From positions 1,076,329-1,140,328 of the forward strand of contig JADJRJ010000028.1 in the NCBI GenBank assembly GCA_016712265.1: a stretch of 64,000 nt of DNA, read 5' to 3'. The position numbers were made by a program, and so were the translations under genes. This document shows positions 47,605 to 56,926 of this stretch, one piece after another. Source of the DNA: Gemmatimonadota bacterium. Lineage in GTDB: Bacteria; Gemmatimonadota; Gemmatimonadetes; Gemmatimonadales; Gemmatimonadaceae. Numbering within the stretch: position 1 is the first letter of the stretch; each line of letters opens with the position of its first letter. The notes under the pieces were generated by a model. It searched no databases and was not told the origin of the DNA. It saw only the letters and a list, made by a program, of their open reading frames with translations.

Positions 47605-49478
47605 CAGCCACCACACACGCTCAGGGCCAACTCCACCTTGCCAAACGGTGCAGACACCTGCACGCCCTGCACGGCACCTCGCACGGCCTCGAACATCTCA
47701 CGCGCGATGGCAATGCCTTCCTGCACGGCGTGTTCACGTGAGCGCTCGTTCGCCCGTCGCATGCGCGTGATCACGCTATCGGGAACCACGACCCCGGGCA
47801 CCTCATTGGCGAGGAACTCCGCGTTGCGCACGGATACTAGCGGCCAGATGCCGGCGATGATCGGGAGGCACGGCTCGTCCATCCGCGCCAGGAAGTGCTC
47901 GAGTTGGGCGACATCAAAGACTGGCTGCGTGATGGCGTACTCGGCTCCCGCCTCCACCTTCCACGCGAAGCGTCGGCGCTCAAGCGCCGGATCCACGGCG
48001 GCCGGATTCACCCCGACGCCAATGGCGTACCGCGTGGGCGCGCCGATGGCGTTGCCGCCGGGGTCGAGCCCGTGATTGAGGTTGCGGACGAGGTTCGTCA
48101 GCCCGATCGCATCGATGTCGAAGACCGCGGTGGCGTCCGGATAGGGTCCCATCTTGGGCGGATCGCCGGTGATCAGGAGGATGTTCCGGAGCCCAATGGC
48201 GGCACCACCGAGCAGGTCGGAGAGCATGCCGAGCAGGTTGCGGTCGCGGCACGCGTAGTGGCACACCGTCTCGAGGCCGACCTGTTGTTCGATGAGCACC
48301 GAGCACATCATGGCGCCCATTCGACTCTGCGCGCGGGGGCCGTCGGGCACGTTGACGGCGTCCACCCCGGCGGCCTTGAGGGCCGTACAGTCGGCGATCA
48401 TCCGGCTCGCGTCCACGCCGCGCGGGGGGACGATCTCCACGGACGTGACAAACTCCCCGCGGGCGATCTTCCCGGCGAGTCGTGACCGTTCGGCGAACGG
48501 GACCGGGTCCACACCGCGCGGCTTCGCGGTCACAGCGGTGGTGCCCGTCGGTGTCGTGCGCGGCGTGGCGTGGTGCGTGGCCGCGAGGCGCGGTACCAGG
48601 GGACGGATCCCCTCGACCATGGCCTTGATGTGGTCGGGGGTCGTGCCGCAACACCCGCCGATGACTTTCGCCCCGGCCTGCACCAGGTGTCGCGCGTACG
48701 TCGCCATGTACTCCGGGCTGGCCATGTACATATGGCGACCGCCGACCTCGCGGGGCATGCCAGCGTTAGGCATGGCGCCCAGCTTGCGGGATGTCACCGC
48801 CGCCATCTTCTCGATGGCCTCGAGGATGGTCTGCGGACCGACCGAGCAGTTCAGTCCGATCACGTCCACCCCCAGGGCGTCCAGGTGTGCGGCAATCGCC
48901 TCCGGCGAGGCGCCGTACGTCGTCACCCCGTCGAGTCCGATCGTCATGTGCGCGATCACCGGCATCGACGGATCGACGTCGCGCGCCGCGCGCACGGCCT
49001 GGGCGATCTCATCGAGGTCCCAAAAGGTCTCCAGAAGGAAGCAATCCGCGCCGCCGGCCGCGAGCCCCTGCATCTGTTCGGCAAAGGCGTCGTGCGCCTC
49101 GTCGAGTGAGGTCGGGCCGTAGGGTTCGAGTCGCACGCCAAGCGGGCCTACGGCGCCGGCGACGAGATGGTTCTCCCCGGCGGCCTCACGCGCGAGGCGC
49201 GCGGCGGCGGTGTTGATCGCGACCACCTCTTCCTGCAGGCCAAACGGCGTCAGCTTGATGCGATTGGCGCCGAACGAGTTCGTTTCGATCGCGTCTGCGC
49301 CCGCTTGCACGTAGGCGGTGTGGATCTCGCGGACGAGGTCCGGGGCCCGCACGTTCAGCTCATCGTAGCACTGGTTGATGAACACCCCGCGTGCGTACAA
49401 CATCGTGCCCATCGCGCCGTCGAACATCACGACCGTGTCGGGGTCGACCAGGCGGTGGATCAGGGCATCGCGTGCCAT
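47604..49478 (-). CDS. bifunctional homocysteine S-methyltransferase / 5,10-methylenetetrahydrofolate reductase fusion
   Basis: The N-terminal Hcy-binding domain (MFDGAMGTML, GLNCSVG, GGCCGTTPDHI) is fused to a MetF-type TIM barrel (EIVPPRG...LLITGDPP...). Confidence 0.8.
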   Translation of the reverse strand: MARDALIHRLVDPDTVVMFDGAMGTMLYARGVFINQCYDELNVRAPDLVREIHTAYVQAGADAIETNSFGANRIKLTPFGLQEEVVAINTAAARLAREAAGENHLVAGAVGPLGVRLEPYGPTSLDEAHDAFAEQMQGLAAGGADCFLLETFWDLDEIAQAVRAARDVDPSMPVIAHMTIGLDGVTTYGASPEAIAAHLDALGVDVIGLNCSVGPQTILEAIEKMAAVTSRKLGAMPNAGMPREVGGRHMYMASPEYMATYARHLVQAGAKVIGGCCGTTPDHIKAMVEGIRPLVPRLAATHHATPRTTPTGTTAVTAKPRGVDPVPFAERSRLAGKIARGEFVTSVEIVPPRGVDASRMIADCTALKAAGVDAVNVPDGPRAQSRMGAMMCSVLIEQQVGLETVCHYACRDRNLLGMLSDLLGGAAIGLRNILLITGDPPKMGPYPDATAVFDIDAIGLTNLVRNLNHGLDPGGNAIGAPTRYAIGVGVNPAAVDPALERRRFAWKVEAGAEYAITQPVFDVAQLEHFLARMDEPCLPIIAGIWPLVSVRNAEFLANEVPGVVVPDSVITRMRRANERSREHAVQEGIAIAREMFEAVRGAVQGVQVSAPFGKVELALSVCGG

Positions 49479-49479
49479 C

Positions 49480-52400
49480 TCAGCCTCGCACCGCGAAGTA
49501 TTTCGCGTCCGGGTGGAAGACGATCATCGCCGCCGTCGACTGCTCGGGCACGAGCTGGAACGCCGAGGTCAGCGTCATGCCTAACGCATCCTCGGCGGGC
49601 AGCAGGCGAAAGACCAGCCCATGGTCGTCCAGGTCGGGGCAGGCGCCATATCCCCACGAGTATCGCTTGCCACGCCCGGCGACCAGCCCGGACTCGGCGC
49701 GGATGCGGCGGTGTAACCACTCGGCCGTGGCCTCCGCGGCTTCCACGGCGAGGCCGTGGACATAAAAGGCCTCGCTGTACTGGTTGTCTGCCTGCAGGGC
49801 ATCAAAACGCGCCGTGGCCGCTTGACCCACCGTTACCACCTGCAGCGCGAGCACGTCCGGCTCGTCGCTCGTGATATCGCGGAAGTAGTCGGACAGGCAG
49901 AGTCGGTCCCGCCCGTCCTGGCGCGGGAAGGTGAAGCGACCGATCTCGCGCAACGCCGCGCCATCTGATTCGTATGCGGCGGGGTCGTAGACCACCAAGG
50001 CGTTGCCCTCGCTGCGCACCGGGAAGTACCCATACACGGCTTGCGGCGTCAGCCATCCGTTTATCCGGGCATCGGCCTGCAGGCGAGCCAGGGTCGGCAC
50101 AAATTCGTCGCGGACCGTGGCGTCGTAGCCTTCACCAGAGCCGCGGGCGCCCCACTGGAGCCTGAACAGCTCGTCGAGGTCCAGCAGGTCGAACACCTCG
50201 TCCAGCGGAATGTCGCGCATCACGCGCGTGCCGAAGAAGGGCACCTTCGCCACGTCCGCGGTCACGACGTCGCTGCGGCCGGAGTCTGTGCTGCCGCCAA
50301 GCTTGTCCTTGCCAACCGTGGCGTGGAGAAAGACGTCCGTCCGGGCCTCGTCGAGGACCTGCGCCACGAACGCCCCGCGGCGCGTGGCGTCCTGGAGCCG
50401 GTCCATCGTCTCCAGTCCCTCAAACGCGTCCTTGCAGTAGAAGACGCCGGGGGCATAGGGCCGCTCGCCGTCCACAAACAACGCCCGCCGTCCAAAGCGG
50501 CGGTTGATGGCCGCCCCGCCGATCAGCACCGGGATGTTCAGGCCGCGCCGGTCGAGTTCCTGCACACAGAGGGGCATTTGCTTGGACGTGCTGACGAGCA
50601 GGGCGCTTAGTCCGACCGCGTCGGCGTCGACCTCGATGGCTTTCTCGATGATCGTGTTGACCGGGACCTGCTTCCCCAGGTCAAACACGGTATAGCCGTT
50701 GTTGGACAGGATGGTGTTGACCAGCGACTTCCCGATGTCATGCACGTCGCCGTAGACCGTGGCCAGGACCACCTTGCCCTTGGTGTACCCCTCGGCCTTC
50801 TCCAGGAAGCCCTCGAGGTGCTTGACCGCGCGTTTCATGACCTCGGCGCTCTGGAGTACGAAGGGCAGGATCAACTCACCGGAGCCGAACTTGTCGCCAA
50901 CCACTTTCATGGCGGGCAGCAGGACTTCGTTCAGCACACGCACCGGGGCCTCGCGCACACCAGCCGCGTCGAGCGCCGCCTCGATCCCCTCCTTCTTGCG
51001 ATGGAGGACCATCCAGTGGACGCGCTCGTCCGGACTCATGCCCTCTGTGGGATCCGCCTTCTCCGCGCCGGTGGCGGTCGAGGCGTCGGACCCGTCGAAG
51101 GCACCAATGAAGCGCTGCAGGGCGTCTGGTCGCCGGTTGAAGACGAGGTCGTCGGCGAGTTCGCGCTGGTCGGTCGTGATCTCGGCGTAGGGGGTGACGT
51201 GCGCCGGGTTGACAATCGCGGCATCGAGCCCGGCCTGCACGCAGTGATGCAGGAAGACGGAATTGAGGACGGCGCGGGCCTCGGGGGCGAGGCCAAAACT
51301 CACGTTCGAGACGCCGAGGATCGTGAGCACCCCGGGCAACTCGCGCTTGATCAGCCGGATCCCCTCGATGGTTTCCTTCGCGCTGTCGATCCACTCGGGG
51401 TCGCCGGTGGCCAGAGTGAACGTGAGGGCATCAAAGATGAGGTCCGACGGCGACATGCCGTACTCGTCGACGACAAGGGCGTGGATCGCGCGAGCGACTT
51501 CGAGCTTGCGCTCGCGCGTGCGCGCCATGCCTACCGGGTCGATGGTGAGGGCGACGAGGGCGGCGCCGTGGGCGATGGCCAGGGGGACGACACTGTCGAT
51601 GCGCGCCCGGCCGTTCTCCATGTTGATGGAGTTGATGATCGCGCGGCCCGGGGTGTGCTCAAGCGCGGCCTGGATCACGCCGGCCTCGGTCGAATCGATC
51701 ATCAGGGGCTGCTCGACGCTCATCGAGAGCAGCTTGACCACCTGCGCCATCTGCTCGGCTTCGTCCCCGCGTTCGGTGAGGGCGACGCAGATGTCGAGGA
51801 CATGGGCCCCGGAGTCCGCCTGATCGCGCGCCACGTCGAGGATCCCCTCGTAGTCGTCGGCGAGGAGCAGGCGCTTCACCTTCCGCGAGCCCTGGGAGTT
51901 CACCCGTTCGCCCACGAGGAGCGGGGGCGGATCCTGGTGCAGGGTGATGGCGCGCATCGCCGAGGACGCGCGCGCGACGGTGTGCCGCGGCGGAACGGAT
52001 GATGCTGTACTGTGGTAGGCCCTAACGCCAAGGGCGTCGACCGCCGCGTTGATGGCGCGCAGGTGTTCGGGGGACGTCCCGCAGCAACCGCCGACGATCC
52101 GGACGCCATACTCCCGGACGAAATCGGCCAGCATCACCGCCATGGGCTCCGGCTCCAGGGGATATACCGCGTCTCCGGTCCCCGTGTTGAGCGGCAGGCC
52201 GGCATTAGGTACGACGGACAGCCAGCGCGTGGAATGGCTGGCGAGGTGACGCACCGGTTCCCGCATGTGCTCGGGGCCAGTGGAGCAGTTGAGCCCGATC
52301 ACATCGACGGGCAACGCCTCGAGCGTGGTCATGGCACTCGCGACGTCGGTGCCGAGCAGCATGCGGCCGCTCGTGTCCAGGGTGACCTGGGCCTGGACGG

Positions 52401-52998
52401 GGATCCGGAACCCGAGCTCCAGGAACAGCTCGCGGAACCCTGCAATCGCCGCCTTGACCTCGAGGATGTCCTGGGCCGTCTCCACCAACAGCACGTCCAC
52501 GCCGCCTTCGATGAGGGCGGCCGCCTGCGCCTTGTAGTTACTGGCAAGTTCCGCGAACGTCACCTGGCTCAGCGCGGGGTCGCTGCTGGACGGAAGCATC
52601 CCTGTCGGACCGATCGATCCCGCGACGAATCGCGGCCGCTCCGGGGTGGCAAACCGGTCGCAGGCGACGCGCGCGATTCGGGCTGCTGCCACATTGATCT
52701 CGTGCGCCTTTCCCAGCAGCCCCCACTCTTCCAGGCGGCGGGGTGTCGACTGAAAGGTGCATGTCTCGACCACATCGGACCCCACCGCGAGGAACGACTC
52801 GTGGATCTCGCGAATCACGTCGGGTCGCGTGAGCACCAGGTGGTCGTTGCACCCTTCCAGGCTGGTTCCACCATAGTCTTGCGCCGTGAGGGGGTACCGC
52901 TGGATGCTGGTCCCCATGGCGCCATCGTATACGAGGACGCCGCGGGCGAGTGCATCGAGGTAATCCGATCGCAGGGGAAGCTGGTCGAGTCGCGTCAC
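49480..52998 (-). CDS. metH: cobalamin-dependent methionine synthase
   Basis: 1172 aa with Hcy-binding, pterin-binding, B12-binding (DVHDIGK) and AdoMet activation domains. It uses a GTG start. Confidence 0.9.
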   Translation of the reverse strand: MTRLDQLPLRSDYLDALARGVLVYDGAMGTSIQRYPLTAQDYGGTSLEGCNDHLVLTRPDVIREIHESFLAVGSDVVETCTFQSTPRRLEEWGLLGKAHEINVAAARIARVACDRFATPERPRFVAGSIGPTGMLPSSSDPALSQVTFAELASNYKAQAAALIEGGVDVLLVETAQDILEVKAAIAGFRELFLELGFRIPVQAQVTLDTSGRMLLGTDVASAMTTLEALPVDVIGLNCSTGPEHMREPVRHLASHSTRWLSVVPNAGLPLNTGTGDAVYPLEPEPMAVMLADFVREYGVRIVGGCCGTSPEHLRAINAAVDALGVRAYHSTASSVPPRHTVARASSAMRAITLHQDPPPLLVGERVNSQGSRKVKRLLLADDYEGILDVARDQADSGAHVLDICVALTERGDEAEQMAQVVKLLSMSVEQPLMIDSTEAGVIQAALEHTPGRAIINSINMENGRARIDSVVPLAIAHGAALVALTIDPVGMARTRERKLEVARAIHALVVDEYGMSPSDLIFDALTFTLATGDPEWIDSAKETIEGIRLIKRELPGVLTILGVSNVSFGLAPEARAVLNSVFLHHCVQAGLDAAIVNPAHVTPYAEITTDQRELADDLVFNRRPDALQRFIGAFDGSDASTATGAEKADPTEGMSPDERVHWMVLHRKKEGIEAALDAAGVREAPVRVLNEVLLPAMKVVGDKFGSGELILPFVLQSAEVMKRAVKHLEGFLEKAEGYTKGKVVLATVYGDVHDIGKSLVNTILSNNGYTVFDLGKQVPVNTIIEKAIEVDADAVGLSALLVSTSKQMPLCVQELDRRGLNIPVLIGGAAINRRFGRRALFVDGERPYAPGVFYCKDAFEGLETMDRLQDATRRGAFVAQVLDEARTDVFLHATVGKDKLGGSTDSGRSDVVTADVAKVPFFGTRVMRDIPLDEVFDLLDLDELFRLQWGARGSGEGYDATVRDEFVPTLARLQADARINGWLTPQAVYGYFPVRSEGNALVVYDPAAYESDGAALREIGRFTFPRQDGRDRLCLSDYFRDITSDEPDVLALQVVTVGQAATARFDALQADNQYSEAFYVHGLAVEAAEATAEWLHRRIRAESGLVAGRGKRYSWGYGACPDLDDHGLVFRLLPAEDALGMTLTSAFQLVPEQSTAAMIVFHPDAKYFAVRG

Positions 52999-53008
52999 GA
53001 GGTCATGA

Positions 53009-53040
53009 AAAAAGAAAGGCCCGGGGCTGGGCGCCGGGCG
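53009..53040 (-). terminator. intrinsic terminator-like hairpin + U-tract on minus strand, ~10 nt upstream of the metH start codon
   Basis: The minus-strand RNA reads GCCCGGCGCCCAGCCCCGGGC followed by CUUUCUUUUUU. The forward strand shows aaaaaagaaagg followed by the GC hairpin. Confidence 0.55.
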
Positions 53041-53146
53041 TGGCGGTTTAGCGTTTGTTTAGCGTGGCCGCAAGTTGCCCTTAAATCGCCACGTGATGCC
53101 AATTGTCACCGGTAATGATTGTCAGACGAGTCGTCGCGGGCAAGCG

Positions 53147-53440
53147 TCACCCTGAGGCGAGCGCCATCACCCGGCTTTGGGCCGCCTCGGGCACCTCGAC
53201 CACCTTGCGGCGCGCCGTCTGCCCCGCGACGAGGCGGATCTCGCGGCGCGGAACGCCGAGGGCGCTGGCGAGGAGCTCGACCAAGGCATCGTTGGCCGCG
53301 CCATCGACCGGCGGGGCCTGCAACCGAACCTTCAGCGCATCCCCATGGCGCCCCAACACCTCGCTCCGGGAAGCGCGCGGCTGGACGTGCACGGCGAACC
53401 GGATGGTCCCGCTGGAACCCCCTGTGAGCGCCAGCGTCAC
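53147..53440 (-). CDS. DUF167 (YggU-like) protein
   Basis: 97 aa with HGDALKVRLQAPPVDGAANDALVELLA, matching the YggU family pattern. Confidence 0.7.
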   Translation of the reverse strand: MTLALTGGSSGTIRFAVHVQPRASRSEVLGRHGDALKVRLQAPPVDGAANDALVELLASALGVPRREIRLVAGQTARRKVVEVPEAAQSRVMALASG

Positions 53441-54030
53441 CCGAGGGCGCCGAAGACCAGGGACTCGAGCAGGTTGAGCACCAGAAAGGCCACAATCGGG
53501 GAGATATCCACCATGCCTAACGTGGGCACGATCCGCCGCAGCGGCGCGAGCAGTGGCTCACTGAGCGAGTAGGCCCACCGGATCCACCGGGAGTACGGCG
53601 ACACCTGAAACCAGGTGGAAGCCACGCGAACGATCAGCGCCAGTCGCAGGATCTGGAACGACCACCGCAGGGCGACCACGGCAAAGCCGCCAGCCCCGCC
53701 ACGTGCGGCCAGCGCCGCGAACGCCACCTGCCCGCGCAGAAAATCGAGCAGGGACAGCACGACCAACCCGCCGAGCACCACGAACACCAACGCCCACCAC
53801 GGCGCCGACGTGGGATTGCCCCCTGCGCGAACCACCATCCGTTCGATTGGCTTGAAGCGAGGGTCCACGGTGTCGCGCACGAAGCGCGCGACCGGCGAAA
53901 AGGGACTCAGGCGCCGCGTGCGGACGAGCCAATCGAGCAGGGCCAGGATTCCGACCACGATCGCCGCCCAGAAGAACGCCGGCCGGAGGAGCGCCAGCAC
54001 CACGTCGAAGCCCGCAAGCACCTGGTTCAT
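53437..54030 (-). CDS. YggT-family membrane protein
   Basis: Two YGGT repeats and 4 TM helices. Start MNQVLAGFDVV. Its stop overlaps the yggU start. Confidence 0.7.
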   Translation of the reverse strand: MNQVLAGFDVVLALLRPAFFWAAIVVGILALLDWLVRTRRLSPFSPVARFVRDTVDPRFKPIERMVVRAGGNPTSAPWWALVFVVLGGLVVLSLLDFLRGQVAFAALAARGGAGGFAVVALRWSFQILRLALIVRVASTWFQVSPYSRWIRWAYSLSEPLLAPLRRIVPTLGMVDISPIVAFLVLNLLESLVFGALG

Positions 54031-54081
54031 GACGTTCAGTCTGACGTCGCCGCCGACGAGGCACAAGGCACGTGCGTGCTC

Positions 54082-55626
54082 TTACCGGCCGAGGAACAGG
54101 CGAATTGCTGGCCAGAGGCCGCGCAGTCGACCGAACAGGCTGGGGGCGTGGGCGAGGCCCAAGTACTGCTCGAATGCGTGCGACCGGTCGGCGGGATACG
54201 GAAACCACCACGGCTGCCCGGCCCATGGCACCACGTCATCGACCATCGTGCGGGTGCGCACGGCCTCGAAGAGCCCCGCCGTCCCGTGGGATCGTCCGCT
54301 GCCACTGAGGCCGACGCCGCCATGGCTCACCTCCGCCACCCCGGCGACCAGTGCTACGTCGTTGATCGCCACCGTGCCCGCACGCAGCCTGGTGGCCACC
54401 GTTCGGGCGTGCCTTCGCGACCGACTCCACACGCTGGCGCTCAGGCCGAAGGGCGAGGCATTCGCGAGTGCCACGGCCTCGTCATCGCTGGCCGTGACGA
54501 CGACGGGGAGCACGGGCCCGAAGACCTCCTCGGAGAGGCTGCGCGACCCCATGGGCACGTTCGTGAGGATTGCGGGCGAAACCAGCGGCGCGTCGGTGGC
54601 CCCGTGGGGTCGTTCGACCGTCGCGCCGAGCTCCCCTTCGACCCTGATCAGCTCCTCGATATGCGCCGCCGCCGCGCGATGGATGACCGGGCCTACCTCC
54701 CAGTGCGCGTCGCCTGGCGTCCGCATACGGAGACGCCCCACTTCCTCCCGCAGCGCGGCAAGGAACGGTGCAGCCACGCTTGCGTGCACGAATACCCGCT
54801 TCGCCGCGACACAGGTCTGGCCGGCGTTGGCGAACCGTCCCCACGCGATCCCGCGGGCGGCGAGACGGAGGTTCGCGTCTGCCAGGACCAGCGCGGGGTC
54901 GCTGCCCCCCAACTCCAGGGAGCAGGGCACGAGGTGTTCGGCGCATCGCCCAGCGACGACGCGTCCCGCGCGCACGGATCCGGTGAAGAAGACCTTGTCC
55001 ACCCCGCCCGTGACCAGCGCGTCGCCGACGTCCGCGCCCCCGTGAACGATCGCGCACACCGCGTCCGGAATTCCCGCCTCGCGCAATGCCGCATGCACCA
55101 GGGACGCGGTCCCCACCGTGAGCTCGGACGGCTTGTGGACCACCGCGTTGCCGGCAGCGAGGAGCGGAGCGAGCTGCCCCACGGGGAGCATGAACGGGTA
55201 GTTCCACGGGGAGACCATCGCCACCGTCCCCCACGGCTCGAAGGTCGTGGTAAGCTGCTTGCGCACGAGGGCGAGCGTGGACGAGCGATGCGAGCGCGGC
55301 TGCAGGAGTCCGGTAGTGTGCCGAACGTAGAACCGGATGAGATCGAGTCCGGTCGCCAGCTCGGCTGCGAGCACTTCCGCCTCGGGCTTTCCGGTCTCGC
55401 GACGCACCATCTGCGCAACGGCCCGTCGTTCGCGGTACAGCACGGCCCGCCAGCGATCGAGTCGCCGCAAACGCTCCTCGACCGGCAGGGCGGCCCACGC
55501 GACCTGCGCCGCGCGCGCGCGGCACACGGCCAGGGCGACGTCGTCGCGGGAGGATGCCGGTACCGACGCCACGAGCTCCCCCGTGAACGGGTCATGGGTC
55601 TCGATGGTGCGCCCGACGCCGGTCAT
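54082..55626 (-). CDS. NAD(P)-dependent aldehyde dehydrogenase
   Basis: 514 aa with the catalytic Cys context (GQTCVAAKRVFV) and Glu context (LELGGSDP). Confidence 0.85.
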   Translation of the reverse strand: MTGVGRTIETHDPFTGELVASVPASSRDDVALAVCRARAAQVAWAALPVEERLRRLDRWRAVLYRERRAVAQMVRRETGKPEAEVLAAELATGLDLIRFYVRHTTGLLQPRSHRSSTLALVRKQLTTTFEPWGTVAMVSPWNYPFMLPVGQLAPLLAAGNAVVHKPSELTVGTASLVHAALREAGIPDAVCAIVHGGADVGDALVTGGVDKVFFTGSVRAGRVVAGRCAEHLVPCSLELGGSDPALVLADANLRLAARGIAWGRFANAGQTCVAAKRVFVHASVAAPFLAALREEVGRLRMRTPGDAHWEVGPVIHRAAAAHIEELIRVEGELGATVERPHGATDAPLVSPAILTNVPMGSRSLSEEVFGPVLPVVVTASDDEAVALANASPFGLSASVWSRSRRHARTVATRLRAGTVAINDVALVAGVAEVSHGGVGLSGSGRSHGTAGLFEAVRTRTMVDDVVPWAGQPWWFPYPADRSHAFEQYLGLAHAPSLFGRLRGLWPAIRLFLGR

Positions 55627-56819
55627 GGGCGCCCGGAACGAGCGGCGAGCCAGAATCCCGAGAGGCTGCCCGCGGCCGCGCCGGTCACCTCACCCAGTCC
55701 CCCAGGTGCAATGCCAGCGATCAGCGGCACGGCACCAAGGATCACCCCGGAGAGCCCCGCGGCCACCCACCACGGGGCGCGCAACCTTGCACGTCGGGAG
55801 TAGAACGCGACTGGGAGGAGCAGTGAGGCCAGGAACCCGGTGGCCATGAGCGTCTCGAACTGTCCATACTGCACCTCAAACGGTGCCAGGGTGTGCCAGA
55901 ACCGGCCGAGGGTCACGCGATGCACGGTGGCGCGCTGTGCGCTGAGGGCGACGGCGCTGCTGCGGGCATTCACGCGAAAGGTGGTCGCGCTTGTGTCCGC
56001 AAAGGCGCCGTCGAGGACAAAGGTTGGCGAGCGCAGGGCGAGTCTCGATGCGTTGCGACGACTCCGAAACACCAGCGCGTTGCCGCGCTGGACGATCTGG
56101 GCCTGTTCGCCCAGCGGATTCGCGAGTCGGGCCAGTAGGACTGGGTCCGCTGCGCGAGTGTTTGGGCGGTCGAGGACTCCTTCGAGATCCACTTCTCCTC
56201 GCGCGTATGGCGGCGGGCGATCTGTTGGGTCAACGGCGACACCGTTGGGGAGCGGCACGCCAAACAGGCGCAGCCCCCCAAAGGTCCCGAGGAGCGGGCT
56301 GTAACCACCACGAACCGGGGTCCATTGGCTGAAGTAGACGAGGTCGGGGACGGCAGGCCGCAGGCTCCACGACGCCACGCCGGCCAGCGCGGTCGCGCCC
56401 ACGCACCAGCCTGCCACCAACCGAGTGGCCGTTTGAGGGGCGGGGTCTCGCAATGTGCGCTGGTGTGCGGCAAGCCACCCGCCGATCCACGTGCCGAGTG
56501 TGTTGGACAGCAGGTCACCGGCGGATGCGTCGCGTCCGGGAATGAGTTTCCATTGCAGCAACTCGATCATGAGGGAGAGCGCGAACCCGATCAGCCAGGC
56601 GCGGCCGGGTGGATACCCATCCCGGATGAGGGCGATGCCGAGCGGAACAAAGACCACGACGTTCGCGACGAAGTCGAGCCCACCCAGCGAGCCGCAGATG
56701 ATGCAGTACCGCTCCAGCGGCTGAGGCGCTCCTGGGGCGGGCCACAATGTGGCCGCGAGCAGTAACGCGGCGACAGCGGCGCTCCAGCGAGGCGTGCGTG
56801 ATGGGGGGGCGTTCTTCAT
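55623..56819 (-). CDS. VanZ-like family membrane protein with extended C-terminal domain
   Basis: Start MKNAPPSRTP. The VanZ core (LGGLDFVANVVVFVPLG) is followed by a ~250-aa periplasmic region and C-terminal TM helices. It overlaps the ALDH start. Confidence 0.55.
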   Translation of the reverse strand: MKNAPPSRTPRWSAAVAALLLAATLWPAPGAPQPLERYCIICGSLGGLDFVANVVVFVPLGIALIRDGYPPGRAWLIGFALSLMIELLQWKLIPGRDASAGDLLSNTLGTWIGGWLAAHQRTLRDPAPQTATRLVAGWCVGATALAGVASWSLRPAVPDLVYFSQWTPVRGGYSPLLGTFGGLRLFGVPLPNGVAVDPTDRPPPYARGEVDLEGVLDRPNTRAADPVLLARLANPLGEQAQIVQRGNALVFRSRRNASRLALRSPTFVLDGAFADTSATTFRVNARSSAVALSAQRATVHRVTLGRFWHTLAPFEVQYGQFETLMATGFLASLLLPVAFYSRRARLRAPWWVAAGLSGVILGAVPLIAGIAPGGLGEVTGAAAGSLSGFWLAARSGRP

Positions 56820-56926
56820 GCCGAGGCTAATGTAAGGCCAGGGCAAGAGCGCCTTCCGGGCGCGGAGCTTGCTAGCTTGGCCACCGGTGACGGGCCAATG
56901 TGACCGCCTCAAGGAGTCGGGTATTC

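Noticed and set aside
52999-53146. Cobalamin riboswitch upstream of metH
   Set aside because: The region is only 148 nt and lacks a recognisable B12 box (GCCACTG) and the GGTGCC/AAGGGAA core. It is kept only as a generic attenuator or riboswitch candidate in the findings.
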